From the IMG/VR virus record IMGVR_UViG_3300005543_000001, positions 4,833 through 68,832 of that record: a stretch of DNA of 64,000 nucleotides; one strand, 5' to 3'. Shown in pieces: positions 56,874 through 64,000 of the stretch. Source of the stretch: a virus (lineage: Duplodnaviria > Caudoviricetes). The notes under the pieces are model-generated. The model worked only from the letters and a program-made list of their open reading frames with translations. It was not told where the DNA came from and did not search any database. The position numbers and the translations under genes are program-made. Every line of letters begins with the position of its first letter. The first letter of the stretch is position 1.

Positions 56874-57054
56874 TCCGAAGGTCCATAAGCGTCATCCCGG
56901 CGATGGGCGTGCGATGTGTGGCGCGGGAACGAGCTCGCGCAGCAAGAAGATCACCCGCCTCACCAGCATCAACGCGGAGGTCACGTGCAAGACCTGCCGC
57001 GGCTGGTTCCCGGTGGGAGAGCGCGCGTTGCCGAAGGAGGTGTCGCGTGGCTGA
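56866..57054 (+). CDS. Small H-C-C-C Zn-finger protein
   Basis: VHKRH...MCG...EVTCKTC. Confidence 0.6.
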   Translation: MADPKVHKRHPGDGRAMCGAGTSSRSKKITRLTSINAEVTCKTCRGWFPVGERALPKEVSRG

Positions 57055-57565
57055 GTCGGCAGACGAGCGCACCGCGCGGCTGACCGAGTTGGCGCAGCGC
57101 GTCTATCTCACCGACGAACACCATTTGCCCGGCGTCTATACCCTCGGGCGAGGGGCAGCTGTCCTGACAGATGGGCAGCACAACATGATGACGTTCGAAG
57201 GGCCGCGCGCCCTCGACGCGATCGAAGCCGCTCTCCGCGCGCTCGCGGATGTCGACGGCGAAGATGACCATCGATGTCCCGTCCACGCCGACCAGGTTCA
57301 CGGCCGCGAGGCTGAAGAACTGCGGGCAGGCATTGAGAATATTCTCCGTGCTTTTGACCCGTCTGAGGACGACGACGTGCAACGGATTCGAGAGCAGTTT
57401 TTGCATCTGCTTGACGACGTCGATGCTCGCGACTCGCTGGCATGGTTAGAGCGGCGCGACGCGGCGGCGCTCGACATGCCCTGTTACCACTGCGCGAACG
57501 GCCTCTACTGCCCGCTCGCTGGAACCGATCACGGGCTGCGGCCTAAAGGCGGCGCGCATGGGTAA
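57047..57565 (+). CDS. Hypothetical protein
   Basis: Coupled ORF; C-terminal CYHC..C. Confidence 0.55.
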   Translation: MAESADERTARLTELAQRVYLTDEHHLPGVYTLGRGAAVLTDGQHNMMTFEGPRALDAIEAALRALADVDGEDDHRCPVHADQVHGREAEELRAGIENILRAFDPSEDDDVQRIREQFLHLLDDVDARDSLAWLERRDAAALDMPCYHCANGLYCPLAGTDHGLRPKGGAHG

Positions 57566-58031
57566 GAAGCGCGTCTCACTCCAGGCCGACCTCGACCAGC
57601 TCGCGCGCGAGGACCCCAAGGTCGCGGCTTCGGCGAAGGCATGCGACGACTTCGCCCGCAAGGCGCAGGTGGAGTTTCGCCGACGTGCCTACGAGCTTGT
57701 CGAGCGCGAGCTGATGGCAGCTGGTGTCAGCACTATCTCGTTCCAGCATCTGCCCAAAGGAGGCGCGTGCGCGGTTGGCGCCTGGTACCACGGCGGGCCG
57801 CTCAAGCCGGGCAGCCTAAAGTGGGTAGCTGACCACTGCGAGCCGCGGTCTGCGGTGGAGGCACGGTTCGAAGCTGCGGCGAAGGCACGGTGCGAACCTG
57901 CGGCGAAGGAAGGCCGCTGCGAGTGCGGTACCACGCTCGCGTACTACTCCGGTGCAGGCGCAAGTGGCGTGCTCTGCCCCGAGTGCGACCGCGACCACGC
58001 CGACGAGCTCGAGCCGGGAGAGCGGCCATGA
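57558..58031 (+). CDS. Hypothetical protein with C-terminal Zn ribbon
   Basis: CECG...CPEC. Confidence 0.55.
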   Translation: MGKKRVSLQADLDQLAREDPKVAASAKACDDFARKAQVEFRRRAYELVERELMAAGVSTISFQHLPKGGACAVGAWYHGGPLKPGSLKWVADHCEPRSAVEARFEAAAKARCEPAAKEGRCECGTTLAYYSGAGASGVLCPECDRDHADELEPGERP

Positions 58032-58294
58032 GTGAGCCTGCGCAAGACCCGCCCACGCTGATCGGCGACGTGCACCTAGCGCTCGCCGCGTTCGGCACGC
58101 TGTCGTCTGGCGAGCTGCTCAACATCATCCGCGATGTTCGCCATGACGATCCCTTCCACAAGGACGCGGTGCAGCTCCACGACATCCAAGGCGCGCTCTG
58201 GCAACTGATCGGAACAGGCGCGGTCGTTCGCATCTTCGCGATGGACGGCACCGTGAAGTATCGACTCGCGCGCGCGCAAGGAGGCCGGCCATGA
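58028..58294 (+). CDS. Hypothetical protein
   Basis: ATGA coupling. Confidence 0.5.
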   Translation: MSEPAQDPPTLIGDVHLALAAFGTLSSGELLNIIRDVRHDDPFHKDAVQLHDIQGALWQLIGTGAVVRIFAMDGTVKYRLARAQGGRP

Positions 58295-58500
58295 AGAAAA
58301 GGTGCACTGTCTGCCGCGATCGCCCCTCTAGGCGCCAGCTCGACTTCGAGCACGTCCACGGCCTGTGCGATGTCTGCGCGCGCAGCCTCGCGTGGACACA
58401 GCGCCGGGCTGGCGGCGAGACGATGTGGACGGTTCTCGAGTGGGCTGCCGAACGCGCTCGCAGTGCCGAGCGACGGCGCGGGAAGGAGCGCCATGCGTAA
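58291..58500 (+). CDS. Small Zn-finger protein
   Basis: CTVC...CDVC. Confidence 0.55.
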   Translation: MKKRCTVCRDRPSRRQLDFEHVHGLCDVCARSLAWTQRRAGGETMWTVLEWAAERARSAERRRGKERHA

Positions 58501-58744
58501 GAGGGCCGGCGACATCATTTACACGTACCGGATCAATGTCAGCGAGATCCAGCGTACGAACAAATTCAAGGGCGACCTGCACCCATTCCTCGTGGTCGTC
58601 GACATGCTGCGCTTACTCCTGCACAACCTCGATCCAGCAGTGACCAGCCGCTCGGCAGTCTGGAACGGCGTCGAGGCCGGCTCGCTGGACATCACGATTG
58701 TGCCCGAGCCCGCGAAACGTCGCGGGAAGGAGCGGGCCCAATGA
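58493..58744 (+). CDS. Hypothetical protein
   Basis: RBS and coupling. Confidence 0.5.
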   Translation: MRKRAGDIIYTYRINVSEIQRTNKFKGDLHPFLVVVDMLRLLLHNLDPAVTSRSAVWNGVEAGSLDITIVPEPAKRRGKERAQ

Positions 58745-58926
58745 CCCATCTCAAGATCCACTTCGCCGACCTCCTCTATGGCCGGCCGTGCTGTGGCCAG
58801 GAACGCGGCGGCGCCGTCACGCGCGAGCTCGGCGAGGTCACCTGCAAGAAGTGCCGGACGATCTTGGACGAGTGCGAGCGGGCACTGCTCGAGCGGAGCC
58901 AGGTGCGGGAGGTGCGGCATGGTTGA
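58741..58926 (+). CDS. Small H-C-C-C Zn-finger protein
   Basis: IHF...CCG...EVTCKKC. Confidence 0.6.
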   Translation: MTHLKIHFADLLYGRPCCGQERGGAVTRELGEVTCKKCRTILDECERALLERSQVREVRHG

Positions 58927-59617
58927 GCGGCCCATCCTGTTCGCGGCGCCGATGGTGAGCGCGATTCTGTCGGGCGCGAAGACGCAGACGCGGCGGACGG
59001 TACGCGGCGACGACCGAACGATCTCAGCGGTCTTTGCCACGCAAGACGACGCCCATCGCCCGCCGAGCCCATTCGGACTGCCAGGCGATCGGCTGTGGGT
59101 GCGCGAGACGTTCGCGTTGATCTGGCCTGGCGAATACGAGCCTGACGACATTCGCGAGAATGAAGTCGAGTATCGCGCCGACCATCCCGGTAAGCGCTAC
59201 CCCGGCGAGTGGCCAGACTGCCCCGCGTCAGAGACGGACTCGAGCTGCCCAAAGTGGCGCCCGTCGTTACACATGCCCCGCTGGGCCTCGCGCCTGACGC
59301 TTGAGATCACCGACGTGCGCGTCGAGCGGCTGCAGGACATCAGTGAAGCGGACGCGCGCGCGGAGGGCATCCCTCTGGACGTCTGGGACGCTGCACTCAT
59401 CGCGCCCAACTACCTGACAGACGGCGAGTTCTTTCAGGACTGGCGCGAGGAGGAGCCCCATTTTGCGAAGAGCGATCGCATTGCCGTCGAGTCCTATCGA
59501 GCGCTCTGGGACTCGCTCAACGCCAAGCGCGCGCCCTGGTCGAGCAACCCGTGGGTCTGGGTGCTGAGCTTCAAGCGCGTCGAGTCTGCAGATCGAAAGG
59601 TGGTGGCGCATGGGTAA
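58919..59617 (+). CDS. ASCH/PUA-like conserved phage protein
   Basis: RPILFAAPMVSAILSGAKTQTRR, GDRLWVRETF, WRPSLHMPRWASR, NPWVWV. Confidence 0.8.
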   Translation: MVERPILFAAPMVSAILSGAKTQTRRTVRGDDRTISAVFATQDDAHRPPSPFGLPGDRLWVRETFALIWPGEYEPDDIRENEVEYRADHPGKRYPGEWPDCPASETDSSCPKWRPSLHMPRWASRLTLEITDVRVERLQDISEADARAEGIPLDVWDAALIAPNYLTDGEFFQDWREEEPHFAKSDRIAVESYRALWDSLNAKRAPWSSNPWVWVLSFKRVESADRKVVAHG

Positions 59618-59888
59618 GACGCTACTCAGCCACGGGCGCGTCCTGGAGCGAGAGCGCCTGAAGGGACGCACCGTCACCCTCGTCCGGCTCAAGGGCGAAG
59701 CTCGCCGCGTTTTTGGCAGCTGCAAGAGCCTCTCAGTCTGGGTCGATCCGAATGGCGGCTACGTAGCGCGAGCGCACGTCCTCGAAAGTGCATTCATCGA
59801 AGAGCACGGCTTCACCAAGAACGGCGCGATGGTCGCGATGTGGGACTTGCTGCTCGGACTGGACCCTCGCGAACGGAGTCGCCAATGA
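59610..59888 (+). CDS. Hypothetical protein
   Basis: Coupled ORF. Confidence 0.55.
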   Translation: MGKTLLSHGRVLERERLKGRTVTLVRLKGEARRVFGSCKSLSVWVDPNGGYVARAHVLESAFIEEHGFTKNGAMVAMWDLLLGLDPRERSRQ

Positions 59889-60205
59889 TCACCGTCATCC
59901 TCGAATCCCCGCTCGCCGGCGACGTCGAGCGCAACACGGCCTATGCGCGCGCTTGCATGCTCGACTGTCTGCGGCGTGGCGAGGCCCCGTTTGCGAGCCA
60001 TCTCCTCTTTACCCAGGTGCTCGACGACGGTGAGCCGGACGATCGCGAGCTCGGCATCCTCGCGGGCCTGGCGCTCGGAGCGCGCCTCGAGAAGTCCGTC
60101 GTCTACACCGACTTAGGTGTCTCGCGCGGCATGCGGAGGGGCATCGAGGACGCGCACTGCAAGGGGCGGCCGGTGGAGTTTCGGACGCTGGAGGGATGGA
60201 CATGA
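59885..60205 (+). CDS. Nucleoside deoxyribosyltransferase-like small protein
   Basis: VILESPLAGDVERN..YARAC...APFASHLL...DLGVSRGM. Confidence 0.65.
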   Translation: MITVILESPLAGDVERNTAYARACMLDCLRRGEAPFASHLLFTQVLDDGEPDDRELGILAGLALGARLEKSVVYTDLGVSRGMRRGIEDAHCKGRPVEFRTLEGWT

Positions 60206-60963
60206 CCAGATTCGCGGATGAGTGGAGTTGGGCACGCGTGTGGCACGGGCTTGAGTGGCGCGCGCGTCATTGCAAGGACAGCGCTCGCGAGGGGGCTCTG
60301 TCGGCTTCCGTGTGGACAGACGACAGGGCACCGCTGGGCCTCCGTCTCGAGTACCACTTGCGTAGCGGCGCGTGCGGGTTGCACGTCTGGTTGGAGGATG
60401 AGCACACCGTCACGCTGGGCGTGCAGGTGCCACTGGTCGCGCAGTTCTGGCTCTCGATCGATTTGCTCAACATGTGCTGGCGCGGACCGAGTCGAGCGCT
60501 GGACATATCGATCCACGACTCGGCGCTGTACTGGAAGCTGTTCGCGCCGATGAACAGTTGGTCATCTTCGACGCCGCGAAGGGTGGACGGCAGTTGGCAC
60601 CCGCTCGGCTTTCACATGAGGCAGGGCAAGGTGGAAGTGCTCGAAGAGCGCGATGTGCTGGTGCCGATGACAGAGCGTAGCTATCGAGCACGCGCCAAGC
60701 TCACGCGTTCGCGCTGGGGCCTCACACGCCTGCCACGCGCCTTCGATCGGGCGCGGACGCACGTCGACATCGACATGCTTGAGGGCGAGCAGATCCCTTT
60801 TCCCGGCAAGGGAGAGAACTCATGGGACTGCGGCGACGACGCCACGTTTTCGATGCACTGCCCAGCGCTTAGCATCGAGGAAGGCATCGGGGTGCTGGTC
60901 GGAAGCGTGCTGCGCAATCGACACCGCCGCGGCTGGGCACCGAGTCAAGCAGCTGCAGAGTAA
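60202..60963 (+). CDS. Trp-rich hypothetical protein
   Basis: Coupled ORF with RBS. Confidence 0.6.
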   Translation: MTRFADEWSWARVWHGLEWRARHCKDSAREGALSASVWTDDRAPLGLRLEYHLRSGACGLHVWLEDEHTVTLGVQVPLVAQFWLSIDLLNMCWRGPSRALDISIHDSALYWKLFAPMNSWSSSTPRRVDGSWHPLGFHMRQGKVEVLEERDVLVPMTERSYRARAKLTRSRWGLTRLPRAFDRARTHVDIDMLEGEQIPFPGKGENSWDCGDDATFSMHCPALSIEEGIGVLVGSVLRNRHRRGWAPSQAAAE

Positions 60964-61065
60964 CTGCTCGCGCGGAGCCAGGTAAGAGAGCTGAGCGACA
61001 CCATGATCATCGACTCGAGCCGTTGGCGAGTCTGCAGACACAACATCATCAGGGGGGGAAGACAC

Positions 61066-61764
61066 GTGGCCAAATCGATAGAGACGACAGACGCGCCCAA
61101 GCTCAAGACGCCCAAGCAAGGCACATCGAAGCAGTCGGCGGCGAGCGCATCGCCGGAGCAGCGCATCACCATCGCCGCGCCGGATATCCGGGTCGCCGAG
61201 TTTCGGATCGTGGGATCCGCGCCCTACGTGCAGAACCGCTTCTGGAACAAGGGCGCGATGATCGCCGCGCAGCAAGAGGGCGGCACCAACAAGAAGAAGG
61301 CCCGCGCGCCGAAGGACTTCGAGGCGCTGTTCGAGAATGCCAAGCACAAGGCCCCCGAGGGCTGGTGCGGCATCCCGGCGGCGAGCTTCCGCGCGGCGAT
61401 GATCTCGGCCTGCCGCCTGGTGGGCTTTCAGATGACGCGCGCCAAGCTGAGCCTGTTCGTGCTCGCCGACGGCCTGGACGAGGACGGCTCGCCCATCGTG
61501 AAGATCGAGGGCACGCCCGAGCAGCACACGGCGCACGTGCGCAATGAAACGGGCGTGGTCGACATCCGCTCGCGTCCGATGTGGCGCGAGTGGGCTTGCA
61601 ACTTGCGCGTCCGCTACGACGCCGATCAGTTCACCGCGGTCGATGTGGCGAACCTACTCATGCGCGCCGGCATGCAGGTCGGCGTCGGCGAGGGGCGGCC
61701 CGACAGCAAGAAGTCTCTCACGGGCATGGGCTGGGGAACCTTCAGCATCGACGGGGAGGGCTGA
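61066..61764 (+). CDS. RAMP/Cas7-like RNA-binding protein
   Basis: EFRIVGSAPYVQN, GIPAASFRAAMISAC, C-terminal Gly-rich loop AGMQVGVGEGRP...GMGWGTF. Confidence 0.7.
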   Translation: MAKSIETTDAPKLKTPKQGTSKQSAASASPEQRITIAAPDIRVAEFRIVGSAPYVQNRFWNKGAMIAAQQEGGTNKKKARAPKDFEALFENAKHKAPEGWCGIPAASFRAAMISACRLVGFQMTRAKLSLFVLADGLDEDGSPIVKIEGTPEQHTAHVRNETGVVDIRSRPMWREWACNLRVRYDADQFTAVDVANLLMRAGMQVGVGEGRPDSKKSLTGMGWGTFSIDGEG

Positions 61765-61765
61765 G

Positions 61766-62596
61766 ATGCCAGATCTCAGTCAGTCCGCCATTGACGAGCT
61801 CGGCGAGCTCGACCGCGACGGCAAGCTCGCACCCGTGCACGTCCTCGAGGTCGCGCGCAACCCGGGCAGCGCGCTCCATGCGCACTTCAATTGGGATGAT
61901 GCGTTGGCCGCGCAAGCCTACCGGATCGAGCAAGCCGATCGGCTCATCTGCAAGGTGCGCGTGCGCATCCTGCCGCGCGAGGACGACAAGCCGCGCACCA
62001 TCCGCGCGCTCGTGCAGTCGGCGTCGAACGAGTACGGCCGCGAGGCAAACTGCCCGTGGTTGAAGCCGGCGGCCCGCAGTGCGTTCTCCAGCGCGGCCGC
62101 GCCCGCCGTGGTTCCAGACGCACCCGCGCCCGCGCCGAAGCCCGCACCAGCTCCTCAACCTGACGAGGGCGAGGAAGAGGATGATGGGGACGGCGATGAT
62201 GATGACGACGACGATGAGGACGAGCGCGACGACGACGACGAAGACACCACGCAGCCCGATGTGCCGGCGGTCCGCCATCGTGCGAGCAGCATGACCATCA
62301 AGATCGACGCGCCCGGCGCGCAGCAGTTGCTTCACCAGGCGCTTGCCGAGCTCGCGGTGGTTCGCCGACGTTACGCGCACCTCGTCGAGCTGCGGCCTGT
62401 GTTCGAACAGTTCGATCGACTCGTGAAGCCGGAGGCCGTCGACCGCGCCGCGGATAGTCGGCTCCTCGCGACCGTCGAGCTCGCCCGCGAATACGAGCGC
62501 GCCGGCATGGACAGATTCACCGCGGCGGAACGCGCAGCTCGAGCGCACGCCGTCGATCGCGGGGAGGTACTCGCGGCGCTGCGGGCCACAGGCTGA
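61766..62596 (+). CDS. RAMP-associated partner protein with Pro-rich and poly-Asp linker
   Basis: VLEVARNPGSALHAHFNWDD..AAQAYRIEQA; ELAVVRRRYAHLVEL. Confidence 0.7.
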   Translation: MPDLSQSAIDELGELDRDGKLAPVHVLEVARNPGSALHAHFNWDDALAAQAYRIEQADRLICKVRVRILPREDDKPRTIRALVQSASNEYGREANCPWLKPAARSAFSSAAAPAVVPDAPAPAPKPAPAPQPDEGEEEDDGDGDDDDDDDEDERDDDDEDTTQPDVPAVRHRASSMTIKIDAPGAQQLLHQALAELAVVRRRYAHLVELRPVFEQFDRLVKPEAVDRAADSRLLATVELAREYERAGMDRFTAAERAARAHAVDRGEVLAALRATG

Positions 62597-62598
62597 TG

Positions 62599-63301
62599 GG
62601 CAGGCACGGCAGCGCGAGGTTCCGCAAGGCCCGGCCGGGCACGGCTGGCAACGCTAGGCAGGGCTCGGCCGGGCACGGCATGGATCGGCGGCGCAGGCGA
62701 GGAAGCGCATGCCATCGCTAGGTGCGGCAGGGCTCGGATCGGCAGGTGGCGCGAGGTTCGGACCGTCAGGGCACCGATGGGCACGGCAGGCAAGGCGACG
62801 CACGGATTGGCAGCGAGTGGATGGGCGCGGCAGGCACGGCAAGGCGAGGCATGGGCATGGGTAGGTTGGGCGAGGTCAGGCAGGCGGCGCTAGGCAGCGC
62901 AGGGATCGACACGGCGGCGCACGGCTTGGTCGGGCAGGCATGGCAGGGATTGGTACGGCGAGGCCGGGCAGGCTGGGTCGAACGGGGCGGGGCAGGTTTT
63001 GCCTCGCTAGGCGAGGCGGGGCCCGGCTCGGCCGGCGGGGCTGGGCATGCCAGCGCAAGGCAAGGCAGGCTCGGAGTGGTGAGGCACGGCCGGGCACGGC
63101 TAGGCGCGGCACGGCAGGCACGGACATCGCGGGGCAGCGCTGGGCCTCGAAGGGCACGGCTGCGCAGGCGCAGCAACGCAAGCCTGGGCTACGCATCGCA
63201 GGGCACGGCAGGCAGGGCGTGGCGCGGCTAGCCCGAGCATGGCGAGGTCTGGCACGGCCGGCGAGGCACGGTGAGGTTCGGCAAGACCGGGCGCGGCAGG
63301 C
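62599..63301 (+). ncRNA. Array of 16 NN-GGY pentamer units; putative guide RNA array
   Basis: Strict 5-nt period (GGC/GGT/GGA/CGC plus 2 variable nt); units of 4-10 pentamers separated by a 4-nt N-GGY step, mostly GGC-A-GGC. Confidence 0.85.
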
Positions 63302-63338
63302 GTGGGGGAACTGGGCTTGAAGTGATGGGGAGGGAACG

Positions 63339-63641
63339 ATGGGAGCGGCGAAGCAAATGGAACCGAACACGCTGGTGGTGACGCTGACACAGGAGCAGCT
63401 GCACTCGCTCGTCAAGGATGCCGTCTGCGAGGCGCTCAGCGCACAGAAGCATCAGCCGGAGGGCTACCTCGACACCGAGCAGGCGGCGTCGTACCTGGGG
63501 ACGACGGTGAGCAGCCTGCGCACGGCCGTCGCTCGCGGAAAGCTCACGCCAGATCATCGCGGGCAGCGCGGTGGCGGCATGAAGGGCAATCGCTTCTCGC
63601 GGCAGACGCTCGACGCGTTCTGCAAGCGCGTAGTGGGATGA
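63339..63641 (+). CDS. Excisionase-like HTH protein
   Basis: YLDTEQAASYLGTTVSSLRTAVARGKL; directly upstream of integrase-like gene. Confidence 0.8.
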   Translation: MGAAKQMEPNTLVVTLTQEQLHSLVKDAVCEALSAQKHQPEGYLDTEQAASYLGTTVSSLRTAVARGKLTPDHRGQRGGGMKGNRFSRQTLDAFCKRVVG

Positions 63642-63652
63642 CAGGAGTACCC

Positions 63653-64000
63653 GTGTCGAAGAAAGCCAAACCCAAGAGTAGTGACGGCCTGAAGCTTCTC
63701 GGCCGCGAGGCGGGCAAGCTCAAGTACGAAGCTACCCTCCGCAAGAAGCAGGGTGGCAAGCTCATTGTCGACACGACCGCCATCATCCTGGCCGATTCGA
63801 AGGCCGAGGCGCTTATCGAGAAAGCGCGGCGACTCGAGGAAGCCGTGCAGACGAAGCTCGGTAACCGCATCACTGATCGCATCGCGCTTGGCCCCGCGTG
63901 CGACGCCTTCCTTGCCACACTTCGCAAGGGCACCCGCGTCCCCTACGGCTCCCACCTCAAGAAGTACCGCGCCGCCCTCGGTGACGATCGCCCGCTCGAC
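63653..64000 (+). CDS. Probable tyrosine integrase, N-terminal part (truncated by window)
   Basis: AGGAG RBS and GTG; basic arm-like N-terminus then helical domain; follows xis; catalytic residues not in window. Confidence 0.55.
   Translation, partial: MSKKAKPKSSDGLKLLGREAGKLKYEATLRKKQGGKLIVDTTAIILADSKAEALIEKARRLEEAVQTKLGNRITDRIALGPACDAFLATLRKGTRVPYGSHLKKYRAALGDDRPLD

Larger units (their letters stand above)
2150..64000. mobile_element. Temperate prophage (lambda-like head, Mu-like contractile tail); right end truncated
   Basis: Complete ordered phage modules from lysis to integrase; left boundary approximate. Confidence 0.95.

Noticed and set aside
62160-62245. GAT/GAC microsatellite as a separate repeat element
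   Set aside because: It is in frame and simply encodes the acidic linker of the partner protein.
62599-63301. Canonical CRISPR array
   Set aside because: No identical 23-50 nt repeats with unique spacers; period is 5 nt; no cas1/cas2 in the window.
62599-63301. Self-targeting of this prophage by array units
   Set aside because: By-eye checks against the cro HTH, the operator region and the own tRNA T-arm found no match. Not exhaustive; needs a regex search.
62654-63415. ORFs overlapping the array (62722-63231, 62766-63176, 62876-63415, 62940-63320 and others)
   Set aside because: Translations are G/A/R/P/C low-complexity by-products of the GGC pentamer period, with no convincing RBS or coupling.

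Overview
Nearly the whole window (about 2.15 kb to beyond 64 kb) is one high-GC temperate prophage, cut off inside its probable integrase at the right edge. Minus strand, right to left: replication/early-right genes (cro, primase-VirE fusion, RuvC-like, antirepressor, DHH phosphoesterase); a lambda-type packaging and head module (cos-like site, terS, GpA terminase, gpW, portal, S49 protease, decoration protein, capsid E); a Mu-type contractile tail (sheath, tube, frameshifted chaperone, tape measure, gpN, hub, spike, gp46/47/48); several fibre-like genes; and a lysis region with a holin but no classical endolysin. Plus strand: cI-like repressor and a long early-left operon (HNH, exonuclease, SSB-like, split RecD2, MazG, many small modular genes), ending in xis-int. 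Headline: just upstream of xis-int are a Cas7/RAMP-like gene (61066-61764), a partner gene (61766-62596) and a 703-bp non-coding array (62599-63301) of 16 units built from NN-GGY pentamers. Reading only the variable NN pairs as a reverse complement, with every third target base skipped, gives VAYVRVST[D/E] for unit 12 (the serine-recombinase active-site motif). Units 1 and 16 give self-consistent tRNA T-arms, and unit 5 gives an HTH-like motif. This points to an RNA-guided, gapped-code system aimed at rival mobile elements. I recall a similar system recently named VIPR but cannot verify that here. Other notable items: an initiator tRNA plus orphan HigA between terS and terL, hicAB, a family of five genes sharing a YSDxQVE module, a natively split RecD2, and a symmetric origin-like region in the primase gene. 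All protein calls come from motif recognition and synteny only; no database searches were run.
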